NCBI GenBank assembly: GCA_023663205.1
Contig: JAMPHX010000002.1
Span: 1 to 61,405 of the forward strand
DNA length: 61,405 nt
Direction of reading: 5' to 3'
Source: Corallococcus sp.
Lineage (GTDB): Bacteria > Bacillota > Clostridia > Christensenellales > CAG-314
Shown here: one piece after another, positions 32,974-43,199 of the stretch
How the letters are laid out: the number at the start of each line of letters is the position of its first letter
How positions within the stretch are numbered: position 1 is the first letter of the stretch
Translations under genes and position numbers: made by a program
The notes under the pieces: generated by a model
Told to the model about the DNA's origin: nothing
Database searches by the model: none
What the model saw: only the letters and a program-made list of their open reading frames with translations

Positions 32974-34515
32974 TTACTTCCTCTCAACACTCCGTACATT
33001 ATTTACAATAAGTTCGTCGCCCGTTACTCCGTCAAACGATACGTTTGAAACCGTCAGTTTTTCCACATTGTCGAAATACGCCCCCGCCTTGCTCATATCG
33101 TGCATAAAACTACGCATAGCGGGTTTGCCGCAATGCGCGTTTTGCGCAAACGTAAACACGATGTTTTCCATTACGATTTCCTTTATCGGACGCTCGGGCA
33201 ATCCGTCGCAATACGCCGCCGCAACGTGACAGTCTTGGCAAGACATATTTTTGAAAACAAACTTCCCCAGATACGGAGTACGCGCGTCTACCGGCAAATG
33301 CTGCCGCGACCATACGTATTCGGAAAACCTATCGGGGTCGCAGCAGTTGTACCAAGCGTTTATTACAATGGGCGTAAGCACGTTGGTCATTACTATATTG
33401 GCAAACGTCACGCCGTCCACAACGGCGTTTTTGCCTCTGCCCCTGCGCGTTTTGATACGCAGTCCCCTATCGGTAGCATTGAATACGCATTGGGTTACGG
33501 TCAAATTTTTGACGCCGCCGGAAAGTTCGCTGCCCAGCGTTACCGCGCCGTGTCCGAACTGCATAAGACAGTTGCGCACCGTATGACGGTTTGCAGGACG
33601 CTTGTACTTTTGTCCCAGATAGATTTTGCCTGCCTTGATTGCAATGCAGTCGTCGCCCACGCTGAAACGGCAGCCTACAATATTGACGTTATCGCACGAT
33701 TCGGGGTCAAGACCGTCGGTGTTGGGACTGTTTTTCGGAGCGGAAACGGCAATATCGTAAAAATTTATATTTTTGCTGAAAAACGGGTGAAACTGCCACG
33801 AAGCGGCGTTTTGCGCGCTCACTCCGTGGAAAGTGATGTTTGAACAGTCGTTAAGAAACACCAAACGCGGACGGGGTACGGGACGGGTCTTGACGTTTTG
33901 CCACCAAGTGCCGTTTTGCGCGTTGCCGTCTATTACGCCGCGCCCGATTATATTGACGTTGGCTATATGCGCGCCGAACACAAGCGCCTGCGGCATAGGA
34001 GAGGCATTGCCTTCCCACGTTCCGCACAGAAGTTGTTTGCCCGATACAATGTCGTCGACTTCCCCCGGAAGCAGCGGATATCTGCTTTCGTCCGTAGACC
34101 CGAGAAGCGTCGCGCCCTCGGCAAACTCCAATGTTATGTCGCTTTTGAGCGTGATGGGAGCAACGTAATACCTTCCCTCGGGGAAGTACAGCCTGCCGCG
34201 TTTGGGCAGACAGTTTATTGCGTTTTGCACCGCTGCGCTGTCGTCTGTTGTTCCGTCGCCGACGGCGCCGAAACTTTTGACGCTTACGCAACAAGTTTCC
34301 TTGCGCGTAACAAATTGCACGCATTGCGCTTCCCCCTCGATACCTACGATATAAGCGGTATCGGGTTGGAGCCCGAACAGCGAAAACACGTTTACGTCAA
34401 ACTCTCCCGCGCTTTTGCCGTCAAGCAAGACTGTGTACCTATCGGTGTAATATGCGCTGTCGTTTTGCAACTCGCAGCAAACAGATGTGGAACTTACAAA
34501 TAAAATTTTCAGCAT
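32974..34515 (-). CDS. GH28 polygalacturonase / exo-poly-alpha-galacturonosidase
   Basis: VKSFGAVGDGTTDDSAAVQNAIN, NTDGLDPESC, GDDCIAIKAG, GHGAVTLGSE and RIKT are the four GH28 signature blocks. Confidence 0.88.
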   Translation of the reverse strand: MLKILFVSSTSVCCELQNDSAYYTDRYTVLLDGKSAGEFDVNVFSLFGLQPDTAYIVGIEGEAQCVQFVTRKETCCVSVKSFGAVGDGTTDDSAAVQNAINCLPKRGRLYFPEGRYYVAPITLKSDITLEFAEGATLLGSTDESRYPLLPGEVDDIVSGKQLLCGTWEGNASPMPQALVFGAHIANVNIIGRGVIDGNAQNGTWWQNVKTRPVPRPRLVFLNDCSNITFHGVSAQNAASWQFHPFFSKNINFYDIAVSAPKNSPNTDGLDPESCDNVNIVGCRFSVGDDCIAIKAGKIYLGQKYKRPANRHTVRNCLMQFGHGAVTLGSELSGGVKNLTVTQCVFNATDRGLRIKTRRGRGKNAVVDGVTFANIVMTNVLTPIVINAWYNCCDPDRFSEYVWSRQHLPVDARTPYLGKFVFKNMSCQDCHVAAAYCDGLPERPIKEIVMENIVFTFAQNAHCGKPAMRSFMHDMSKAGAYFDNVEKLTVSNVSFDGVTGDELIVNNVRSVERK

Positions 34516-34552
34516 AACTAATTATCTCTCTCCGACGCACATAGAGGTGCGT

Positions 34553-35230
34553 TTAGTCTAATATGTCGCTTTGATTTTCTTTGGTTTGGGCTGATTTTGT
34601 TTTGGCTCGTTTGACAAGCATTACAACGAGGTTTTTGAGCCAAATAAACGCCAAGTCGTACAGCAGATAAAACACCCCGAACAAAATAGGCTCGACGCCG
34701 AGGTACACTTGGTCGGACGCTCCGCCCTGCGCCGAATTGATAAGAATATTTATTCCTTCGTATGTAAACATTACCGCAATCATTACTGCCATTGCGTAAA
34801 TAATATTTGCAAAAAACGTCCAAAACTTTTTCATGGGGAGCAGCATCCACTTGTCGTACTCGCGCTCGTCGGAGTTCATAAACCTAAACAGGTTGTTTAC
34901 CATAACGTCCGTAACTATTCCCAAAGCAACGCCCGCAACAAGTATCATATCCCACAAATTCTTGATGTAGATACCCAATCCCCAAATAAAGAAAAAACAC
35001 ACTGCGCCGTTGAACCAAAACTTGATAAACAACGCTTTGAGCCAATCGGGAACGCGCGACAAAAATCCCGATTTGTAGGGGTCGTGCTTCGGTTCGGAAC
35101 CCACTTCCGCAGTAGCGTTTTGTTCGGAAGCGTTTACCAACCTGTTTACCGCATCGGTATTGAGTTTGTAATAGTCGACGATTTCTTCTTTGTTATTCTG
35201 TTTAGCATTTTTGTTGTTTTTCTTAGACAT
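34553..35230 (-). CDS. Hypothetical membrane protein (225 aa, ~4 TM)
   Basis: Intact ORF with a polar N-terminus followed by hydrophobic helices. No recognisable motif. Confidence 0.6.
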   Translation of the reverse strand: MSKKNNKNAKQNNKEEIVDYYKLNTDAVNRLVNASEQNATAEVGSEPKHDPYKSGFLSRVPDWLKALFIKFWFNGAVCFFFIWGLGIYIKNLWDMILVAGVALGIVTDVMVNNLFRFMNSDEREYDKWMLLPMKKFWTFFANIIYAMAVMIAVMFTYEGINILINSAQGGASDQVYLGVEPILFGVFYLLYDLAFIWLKNLVVMLVKRAKTKSAQTKENQSDILD

Positions 35231-35430
35231 AGTAATTTACCCTAATGCTATTGTACTGGCTAAACACCGCTTTGTCAAAGGCACGGCGGCGCTTGCAAAC
35301 AAAAAGCAACAAAACCATACGTTACCGATTTTGTTGCTTAATTTGGCAATACAGTGTTGCAACGCGTTGGCAAAGCGCCGTTTTGCGATAACTGCCGCAA
35401 ACACAACAGATTGCGCCTTGACGGCTTCGA

Positions 35431-36012
35431 TTATTCCTCGGTTTCCAATTCGATAGCGTCAAGTTTGCCGTTGTCTTCCGTTTGTACGGAAGTGTTAATC
35501 TTTTTGAGCAACTTACCGTATACGGGAAGCAGCGCAATAAGCAGCGACGCAATCCCCAGAAGAACTATCTGAGCAATAAGTATTGCTTGCGCGGTAAACC
35601 AATAAGGATATTTTTCCACAATGGATTCCATCGTATAGCCTTGGGCAAGTCTGTTTTGGACACCTTCATTTACCTTTATATAATACACAACGTCAAAGGC
35701 GATAATTGCCGCAATCATAACAAACATAATAACAAGCATTACAATCTTGGGCTTTTGACGTTTGGGAAACGCATTCAAAAAGCACACCATTGCAAGTATC
35801 GAAAACAGCATTATGCCGAATTGACACAGACCCATAGGTGTAATTCCTACTTCTGCGGTGGTATTGGAAAACTTTGTCAAATTGAGCGAGTATGTCAAAA
35901 ACGACGCAAGCAGCACGATAAGCGCGATGTTTTGCGGTCTGCGTTTAAGCCCCACCAATAATTTACGGAAAAACTCTTTTATTTTAAACCCGAAACTCTT
36001 CTTTTCTGTCAT
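35431..36012 (-). CDS. Hypothetical membrane protein (193 aa, 4 TM)
   Basis: Intact ORF 11 nt downstream of the ATPase gene. It has four hydrophobic segments and an acidic tail. Confidence 0.6.
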   Translation of the reverse strand: MTEKKSFGFKIKEFFRKLLVGLKRRPQNIALIVLLASFLTYSLNLTKFSNTTAEVGITPMGLCQFGIMLFSILAMVCFLNAFPKRQKPKIVMLVIMFVMIAAIIAFDVVYYIKVNEGVQNRLAQGYTMESIVEKYPYWFTAQAILIAQIVLLGIASLLIALLPVYGKLLKKINTSVQTEDNGKLDAIELETEE

Positions 36013-36023
36013 CTTGTCCTCCG

Positions 36024-37082
36024 TTACCTTATGGCGTTTTCCGTTTCTTTGTCAAAGAAGTGCATACGGTTAAACTTGATTTTTTCCGTATCTCCCTCCT
36101 TGTAATTGCACCAACTGCGAAACTTACAAACTATGCGAGCACTGCCCACGTGACCGTGTACAAGGGTGCTTTGTCCCAAGTTTTCGTTTATTGCCACTTT
36201 GAGTTCTATATCCCCGCCCGTATCGATATCTTCCGGACGGACGCCTAACACTATCTGTTTGCCTTCGTAATCTTTGAGCAGACGGCTTTGCTCCGCGCTT
36301 AGCGCAACGGTCATATAGTCGGATTTCAACTTGCCGCTCTCCACCGTCATATCGAAGAAGTTCATGGGCGGAAGCCCTATAAAACTTGCTACAAACAAAT
36401 TGGCAGGGGTATCGTACAGTTCCAACGGCGTGCCTATCTGCTGAACGTGTCCCATTGACATACACACTATTCTGTCGGCAAGCGTCAACGCTTCGGTTTG
36501 GTCGTGGGTTACGTACAGTATGGTTGCTTTGAGACGTTTGTGCAAAAGCAATATTTCGCGGCGCATTGCTCCGCGCAACTTTGCGTCCAAGTTGGAAAGA
36601 GGTTCGTCAAACAAAAACACCTTGGGATTACGCACTATTGCGCGTCCCATTGCAACACGCTGACGCTGACCTCCCGAAAGTTGTTTGGGCTTTTTGTTAA
36701 GTTGACTTGTAAGACCGAGTATCTCGGCAGCCGCCATAACCTTTTGGTGGATTACGTTTTTGTTTTCCTTGCGCAAAACAAGCGAAAACGCCAAATTGTC
36801 GTATACCGTCATGTGACCGTACAAAGCGTAATTTTGAAATACCATTGCAATGTCGCGGTCCTTGGGCGGCATACGGGTAACGTCTTTGCCGTCTATTATC
36901 AAATTGCCTGCGGAAATATCTTCCAAACCGGCGACCATACGCAGCGTTGTGGATTTTCCGCAGCCTGACGGTCCTACCAACACGATAAATTCGCCGTCCT
37001 TTACGTCGAGATTGAAGTCAAAAACCGCCTGTACCTTGTTGTCGTAAATTTTGTCAAGATGTTGTAAAGATAATTGTGCCAT
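36024..37082 (-). CDS. ABC importer ATP-binding protein (MsmX/MalK-like)
   Basis: Motifs are VLVGPSGCGKSTTLRM, LSGGQRQRVAMGRAI and FLFDEPLSNLD, plus a TOBE-like C-terminus. Confidence 0.88.
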   Translation of the reverse strand: MAQLSLQHLDKIYDNKVQAVFDFNLDVKDGEFIVLVGPSGCGKSTTLRMVAGLEDISAGNLIIDGKDVTRMPPKDRDIAMVFQNYALYGHMTVYDNLAFSLVLRKENKNVIHQKVMAAAEILGLTSQLNKKPKQLSGGQRQRVAMGRAIVRNPKVFLFDEPLSNLDAKLRGAMRREILLLHKRLKATILYVTHDQTEALTLADRIVCMSMGHVQQIGTPLELYDTPANLFVASFIGLPPMNFFDMTVESGKLKSDYMTVALSAEQSRLLKDYEGKQIVLGVRPEDIDTGGDIELKVAINENLGQSTLVHGHVGSARIVCKFRSWCNYKEGDTEKIKFNRMHFFDKETENAIR

Positions 37083-37094
37083 AGTAATCTCCCG

Positions 37095-37625
37095 TTACGC
37101 CGGTTGTTCCTCACCGATTTCGCGTTTGTAGTTTTCAAGAATCTTGGAACGGATAATGCCGATAACGCCCGAGGCGATAAGCAGCGCAGCCGAACTTATC
37201 AGATAAATGAGCGTGCGCGTAAACTGCCAATCGGACATTACCCTTACCGTCTCCCCGTTGACAATAACTTCCGCATTGTGCGCTCCCATAGGCAGCGAAA
37301 ATATGCGTACTATCTGGAACGCGCCTATTACAATAAGCGCAATTGCAAAACCCTGCTTGTAGTTTTTGACTCCTTCTGACGAAAGGAACACCGCCAACAT
37401 AAATATCAAATTAAACAATACCGAGAGTCCTATGTTGAGGTTGTAGTAATAGGTTGATACGTCCGACTTATATATACATACAAAATACAAAACATTGATA
37501 AACAACCCGCAAAGAGCCAATACGGAGGACAGTTTGTTGGTTTTGAAGCGCATTCTGTCCTTTTTGATAACGGCGACTTGTTCTTCGCTTATTGCGGTTT
37601 CCGCATTGTTGACTTTGTTTGTCAT
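37095..37625 (-). CDS. Hypothetical membrane protein (176 aa, 4 TM)
   Basis: Intact ORF overlapping the upstream ORF by 4 nt. No recognisable motif. Confidence 0.6.
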   Translation of the reverse strand: MTNKVNNAETAISEEQVAVIKKDRMRFKTNKLSSVLALCGLFINVLYFVCIYKSDVSTYYYNLNIGLSVLFNLIFMLAVFLSSEGVKNYKQGFAIALIVIGAFQIVRIFSLPMGAHNAEVIVNGETVRVMSDWQFTRTLIYLISSAALLIASGVIGIIRSKILENYKREIGEEQPA

Positions 37626-38278
37626 GCTTCTGTCGCCTCCTTGATAATATTTCCTGCAAGTAGTTGTTTTTCACGTTTCATAAGTATTACTTTCCAAATT
37701 AGATTTCCTACGCAAGCAAGCGCGCCTGCAATAAGCAGCGCATATATTACGTAGCCGATATCGAACCAAAAAGTCGACTCGGTATAATAACTTCCCCACT
37801 TCTCGTTGTACTCTTTGAGAGCGACAAAATCTATTTTTAAAAACATTGCGCGGAAAATGCTTGTTTGAATCATTCCCCAAATAGCCATTGCAATGTTTGC
37901 CGTCGCAACCAAGCCCGTTGCAACGTAATTACCGACGTGGTAAAGTCTGCGCTTGTGGCTGTTTGTTGCAAACAACGAAAGCGCAATTACGATAAGCACA
38001 ATAGACAGCGACGTCAACAACTTGTTGTACGGCTGCATTTCAACGTATAGTATTGCTCCGCTTACCCTTTCGATATATTCATCGTCAATTTTTCTCAATG
38101 CGTTGTACAGCATATCGTACAGGTCGGTCATAAGTCCCAACGAATAAACAAATACCAACGCCGCCAAGATAAGCAAAACGTAAGACATTATCTTTTGAAA
38201 TTTCAGTTGTGTTTTCAGCATAATAGCCTCCGAATACCGTTGCCCGCCGACGGGGAACAATCCCCGCCAGTCAAACAA
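37622..38278 (-). CDS. Hypothetical membrane protein (218 aa, 4 TM)
   Basis: Intact ORF immediately downstream of the binding-protein gene. No recognisable motif. Confidence 0.6.
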   Translation of the reverse strand: MFDWRGLFPVGGQRYSEAIMLKTQLKFQKIMSYVLLILAALVFVYSLGLMTDLYDMLYNALRKIDDEYIERVSGAILYVEMQPYNKLLTSLSIVLIVIALSLFATNSHKRRLYHVGNYVATGLVATANIAMAIWGMIQTSIFRAMFLKIDFVALKEYNEKWGSYYTESTFWFDIGYVIYALLIAGALACVGNLIWKVILMKREKQLLAGNIIKEATEA

Positions 38279-38303
38279 CGATTAAGTGAGTTTTTGTTGT
38301 TAC

Positions 38304-40637
38304 TTATTTGTTGATTTCGTTGTAGTACATAAGCAATCTGTCAAAGGCGTCTTGTTTGATTTGAAGATACAAAGAACCTTTCCATTGACCTTCGCCCTTA
38401 CCGCTTACTTTTTCCACAATTGCGTCTATGCTGGTTACTCCGAACGTAGCATCCAAACCGTCCTTGATTGACGTTACCAAAACATTGGCGTTGCCGGTCT
38501 TGGACTGGTTGAACTGTCCGCTCGAAGTGAGTTCCGTATACGAGTTAAGCATAGTGTTGTCTTCGTCCGTAGTGGGAAGTACGGTAGGTACGGACATATA
38601 CCACTTGTTGGCAGCAACTGCAAGTTCGGGATGTTTGATAGTTCCCTTGCCGATAGCCGCCGAAAGTTTGGCTGCGCCTTCTCTGCCTACTTCGTGAGTG
38701 CATTGATATTCGAAGGATTGCGACTTGAGGAATGACAGCGTAGAACCCAAATACTGACGTGCATAGTTGGTATAGTTGCCGCTTGCTTTTTCCCACAATT
38801 CCGCATAAGTAGCGTCGGAAATTTCCGGCCACTGCTCTCCGTTGAAATCGAAGGTTACGTATTTGTCGCCGTCCATTTTGATGAAGGAATCGGGACCGTA
38901 GGACATAAGAATTTGTCCTTCTTTGCTGTACGCGTAATCGATAAGTTTGAGAGCGGCGTTGAGTTTGTTTGTATCGTTGCCGATACCCGCCTTGGAAAGA
39001 GCCCAACCGTCGGTCTTGACCGAACGCCAAGATTCGGTAAATCTCATATACGTACCTTGGTCTACTTCGCTTACCACATTGGTACCGTCAAACCACTTGG
39101 CAACGGGAACCATAACAGCCATGTACTTTTCGCCTTCCTGCAACTTTGTTTCATTATAAATAGTTTGAGTTTGACTGTAATCGTAAGATACAAGTCCTGC
39201 GTCTTTTTCGAGATAAGTTCCGCTTGTTGCGGCGCCGCTATCTATCGTAATCAAACCGTCTTTGAACATTTGGTTCATTTTCTCGATGGCTTGATAAGTA
39301 TCCGCCTGTTGACGGGCGTCTACAAGTTCTCCTTTGCCGTTGATGTACAGGTAATCCTGACGGGATTCCAAACCGCGTACGCCAAACAGCGTGCCTGCAA
39401 ACCTGAACAAGTCTACTTGGCGTTGGTTGTTTCCTTCACGCGGGAACATTCCCGTAATGGGGTTGCCGTCGGAGTCGTTGAGACTTGCAACCGCGCAGCG
39501 CATAAGAGCAACTAATTCGTCGGCATCCCATGCAGCATCGTAGCCGAGGAACAAATCCGAACGCTTTGCGTATGTATCGCCGTAAGTTTGGTCGATATAT
39601 TCGCGGAACATAGCAACGGCTTTGTCGCCGGTAAGGTCTGTTTCCGCGTTCATTTTTTCAATGATGTTGCCGTATTTGGTGTAATCCTTGGTGATTGTTT
39701 GCGTTGCCGTGCCGTCAACTGTCAACGAAGTTACGGCAACCGTTCCCGTTGTGGGCATATACGGAGTATAATTGTTCTGGACTGCTCTGTTTGCTCCGGT
39801 ATACGTTTCCGTGCCGTCCAAAAGAGCCATTACCATATCCGCACGCATAAGGGGCATACGTTCGATGTCGTTTACTCCGTCAAAGTAAGGCGAGAAGTAA
39901 ATTGCACCCTTGTTCTTGCCCTCTGTAGCGCCTGTGATGGACAGACGTACGATGGGGTTAGCATCCAAATATGCCTTGAAGTTGGGCATTTTGTCAAGAT
40001 ATTGGGCAATATTTATTACTTGACCCGCAGCGCCCGCTTCGTTAAGTTTAGAGGCTGTTCCGCTGACCATGTCGACTTTATCGAGTTGTTCTTTCCAGTA
40101 ATCCCATTCGTTGGTTGCGTTTTTACCTTGGTATTTATCTTCAAATACCATTCCGAATCTGTTTTGCACTTCTACCCAAGTAGGTTTGAGGTCTCCGGTG
40201 TTATAAGTTTTGCCGTCGGCAAGTTTTATACCGCTTCCGGCTATTTTGGCACTGAATGTTATGCCCGTCTCTGCACTGTTGTAGCCGGTTGCCATACGCA
40301 AAACCGTGCCTTTGTCAAAAGCCAGCGGGTCGGTAGGCTCTGTGGGATGCGTGCCGTCGTATTGGCATTTGTCCGCGCAGGCGGGGTCTGTACAGTCAGA
40401 CGTACATTTGCCGCAAGTGGGGCATTTGTGCGTACAGGTGTGCGTCGACGAACTGCCGTGATTGCCGTTGGATTCGCACTTTGATTCGCAAGCGGGGTCT
40501 GTGCAGTCCGAAGTGCATTTTCCGCAGGTTGCACATTTGTGCGCGCATTCGTGAGTTGGATTACATGCCGTAAGCGCAAATGTAAATATCATCATAAACG
40601 CTATAAGCAATGCAACCAATGTTCTTGTCTTTTTCAT
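38304..40637 (-). CDS. Large extracellular solute-binding lipoprotein (LplA/YtcQ-like) with N-terminal tandem Cys-rich module
   Basis: The lipobox is FALTAC. Residues 28-91 carry two 26-aa repeats, H.C.HKC.TCGKCTSDCTDPAC..KC. The remaining ~670 aa resemble the oversized SBPs of LplABC-type oligosaccharide transporters. Confidence 0.8.
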   Translation of the reverse strand: MKKTRTLVALLIAFMMIFTFALTACNPTHECAHKCATCGKCTSDCTDPACESKCESNGNHGSSSTHTCTHKCPTCGKCTSDCTDPACADKCQYDGTHPTEPTDPLAFDKGTVLRMATGYNSAETGITFSAKIAGSGIKLADGKTYNTGDLKPTWVEVQNRFGMVFEDKYQGKNATNEWDYWKEQLDKVDMVSGTASKLNEAGAAGQVINIAQYLDKMPNFKAYLDANPIVRLSITGATEGKNKGAIYFSPYFDGVNDIERMPLMRADMVMALLDGTETYTGANRAVQNNYTPYMPTTGTVAVTSLTVDGTATQTITKDYTKYGNIIEKMNAETDLTGDKAVAMFREYIDQTYGDTYAKRSDLFLGYDAAWDADELVALMRCAVASLNDSDGNPITGMFPREGNNQRQVDLFRFAGTLFGVRGLESRQDYLYINGKGELVDARQQADTYQAIEKMNQMFKDGLITIDSGAATSGTYLEKDAGLVSYDYSQTQTIYNETKLQEGEKYMAVMVPVAKWFDGTNVVSEVDQGTYMRFTESWRSVKTDGWALSKAGIGNDTNKLNAALKLIDYAYSKEGQILMSYGPDSFIKMDGDKYVTFDFNGEQWPEISDATYAELWEKASGNYTNYARQYLGSTLSFLKSQSFEYQCTHEVGREGAAKLSAAIGKGTIKHPELAVAANKWYMSVPTVLPTTDEDNTMLNSYTELTSSGQFNQSKTGNANVLVTSIKDGLDATFGVTSIDAIVEKVSGKGEGQWKGSLYLQIKQDAFDRLLMYYNEINK

Positions 40638-40714
40638 AGTTTCCTCCTAAAAAATTTAGTTTGTATAGTCGCCGTCCAAAGACGGATTCTATCTTAATTT
40701 GCTTTGGCGGTTTA

Positions 40715-41605
40715 TTATTCCTTTACGCCGCCCATATTTACGCCCTTGGCAAAATACTTTTGGATGAAGGGGTAAATGATAAGTATCGGGATTATTGCAC
40801 ACACAATAAGCGCGTATATTACCGACGTCGAGGAAAAGTCATTGTTCCACGCTGCCAAGAATTCCGAATCGGTATATTTTTCCAACATATCGCGAATGAA
40901 TACTTGCAGCGGCCATTCGTTATGATTGGACGTCATCTGACGCGCCCAGTAGTAGCCGTTCCAACGCGATATTGCAAAGAACAGCGCTACCGTTGCAATT
41001 GTGGACTTGCTCATAGGTATGTACACTTTGCCAAGTATCTGCATTTCCGTTGCGCCGTCTATGCGCGCCGCTTCCTCTATCTCTGCGGGAACCCCCTCAA
41101 AGGAGTTGCGCAGCAGGATTATGTTCATTGCAGCCATACCCATTGCAATGACGATAAGCCACTTGTCGTCGGTAATGCCAATACTTTCAAATACGTCCTG
41201 CGTTGCCAAATAATTGAGGTATTGCGGAACCATACCCGCGCTGAACCACATTGTAAACACCAAGAAGAAGTTGAAACCTTTGCGGAACAGCAGGCGCTTT
41301 TTGGAAAGGGCATAGCCGCCCAGTATCGCAACGCCCAATGCCCACACCGTGCCGAACGCCGTCAAAAACAACGTGTTTGCGTAGGAATTCCAAAACATAT
41401 TGTCGTTGAAAACAAGGGCAAATGCGTCGAACTGCACGTCTTTGGGGAAGAGCACCACTTCGTTGTAGTCAACTGCGTGCCCGCCGCTGATAGACGCGGA
41501 TATTGCATACACAAAGGGGTACAAGCAGCAAATGGCAAATATGGTAAGGAAGGTGTAACTGATTACTTTGAATATTATTTCGGATGCAGCCAATTTTCTT
41601 TTCAT
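40715..41605 (-). CDS. Carbohydrate ABC permease (LplC-like)
   Basis: The EAA loop is EEAARIDGATEMQILGKVYIPM. 296 aa with 6 TM helices. Confidence 0.82.
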   Translation of the reverse strand: MKRKLAASEIIFKVISYTFLTIFAICCLYPFVYAISASISGGHAVDYNEVVLFPKDVQFDAFALVFNDNMFWNSYANTLFLTAFGTVWALGVAILGGYALSKKRLLFRKGFNFFLVFTMWFSAGMVPQYLNYLATQDVFESIGITDDKWLIVIAMGMAAMNIILLRNSFEGVPAEIEEAARIDGATEMQILGKVYIPMSKSTIATVALFFAISRWNGYYWARQMTSNHNEWPLQVFIRDMLEKYTDSEFLAAWNNDFSSTSVIYALIVCAIIPILIIYPFIQKYFAKGVNMGGVKE

Positions 41606-41617
41606 GCGTTATACCTC

Positions 41618-42691
41618 CTAATACAACGATACGTCGGACGCTTTGCGCGCTATTGCGTTTGCGCCTATTACAAGTATCATACCTATCAAGTTGTTTATCA
41701 TTTCCGCTGCGGACGCCAAGCCTTTGAGCGAACCCTCTACGCCGTTGCGCTGCGCAAAGGTGGAAACGACGTCGGCGGTGACGTAGGTTGTGGGGTCGTA
41801 CAAAAGCAAGACCTTTTCGTATCCTACGCTAAGCAGCGAGCCGATACGGGTTATTAGCATTATTACCACGGTGGACAGTATGCTGGGCAGCACAACGTAC
41901 CGCATTTGCGCCATCTTGCCCGCGCCGTCTATCTGCGCAGCCTCGTAACTTGTCGGGCTTATTGCAATGATAGCCGCAAAGAACACTATGCTGTCGTAGC
42001 CTGCGCCCTCCCAAATGCCGCTTATCTGGTAGATGGCTCGGAAAAACTGCGGCTGATACAGCAAGCCTGCGTTTGCGACGCTTTCCGGAACGACACCTAT
42101 CGCCACCAATATGCGAGAAAGAACGCCCATACCGGAAACGATGTCGCTTTGTTTAAGCATCATTGTAAGTATCGATGTAATGACGACCGTTGACATAAAC
42201 TTGGGCAGATACGTACATACTTGGTAGATACTGCGCGCTATGTTGGACTTAATCTCGTTGAAAAACAACGCCAAAATTATCGGCATAGGGAATCCGAAAC
42301 ACAATCCGTAGAAACTGAGCAGAAACGTGTTGCGGAATGCCCTCCAAAAGTCGGTTGATATAGACGTCGACCCGAACATAAGCGTCTTGAAGTTGGAGAA
42401 CCCCAAGTAGAACTGGTCCCTTACCGGTATAGACGAATTTGACGACTGTTTAAATGCGCCGAGCAGTTCGTACATAGGCATATACCGCCAAAAGAAAAAC
42501 ACCAAAATCATCGGCACAAGCATTAGGTAAAGACGCCAATCTTTGAGAATGCTTTTTCCGACGTTTTTCCAATGATGTTTTTCTACGTCGTCGCGTACCG
42601 CCTGTTCCGCATCCAACGAATACGAACCGGTTTCCTCGTCGTAAACAACGTAGTTGTCCATTGTTTTTTCTTTCATCGAAAATTCCTCCAA
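41618..42691 (-). CDS. Carbohydrate ABC permease (LplB-like)
   Basis: The EAA loop is YEAAQIDGAGKMAQMRYVVLPS. It has an N-terminal cytoplasmic extension. Confidence 0.82.
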   Translation of the reverse strand: MEEFSMKEKTMDNYVVYDEETGSYSLDAEQAVRDDVEKHHWKNVGKSILKDWRLYLMLVPMILVFFFWRYMPMYELLGAFKQSSNSSIPVRDQFYLGFSNFKTLMFGSTSISTDFWRAFRNTFLLSFYGLCFGFPMPIILALFFNEIKSNIARSIYQVCTYLPKFMSTVVITSILTMMLKQSDIVSGMGVLSRILVAIGVVPESVANAGLLYQPQFFRAIYQISGIWEGAGYDSIVFFAAIIAISPTSYEAAQIDGAGKMAQMRYVVLPSILSTVVIMLITRIGSLLSVGYEKVLLLYDPTTYVTADVVSTFAQRNGVEGSLKGLASAAEMINNLIGMILVIGANAIARKASDVSLY

Positions 42692-43199
42692 TCAGAATTT
42701 TTGTATGTTACAAACCGAAAACTTCGGTTAAATTGACAGTAGATATATTTTTCTGCGGTTTTGCCACCGTTTGTTTTATAACAAATAATGTTTAATCAAC
42801 GCTTTTCCGTTGAAATGTGTTGTATAACCTACAATACAACCGTTCGATGACAAACCGTTTATTTAACTTTCTCAATCCGTCCGCCCTTTACTTTTCCAAA
42901 CAGAACTTACTGCAAATCCTGTCGATAAGGTTTTTGTTTGCGGTTGACCTTTGAATAGGGTATGTCCGACTTTTGCGATTTACCGTTGTATGAACGTACA
43001 CCCGACTATCGGCAGCATACTAATAATTTTCAAACTTTGTTTCTCTCATTTTTATTTTGAATGCACGCTTTGTTTCCGCACGCGGCTTGTACCTTGTGCA
43101 CTTTGCCAATCTTTGTAGATACACGCGGCTTATGATTGCAATCTTACCTATTTATTAAACCGTTTGCCGATTTCCGTTACAAGTCGCCTTGCGCGTCAT

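Noticed and set aside
40365-40556. Calling the Cys-rich SBP module a bona fide 2x[4Fe-4S] ferredoxin domain.
   Set aside because: It follows a lipoprotein signal peptide, so it is extracytoplasmic. It has extra Cys and His residues and lacks the C-P ending of the motif. It is reported only as an unusual module with ferredoxin-like spacing.
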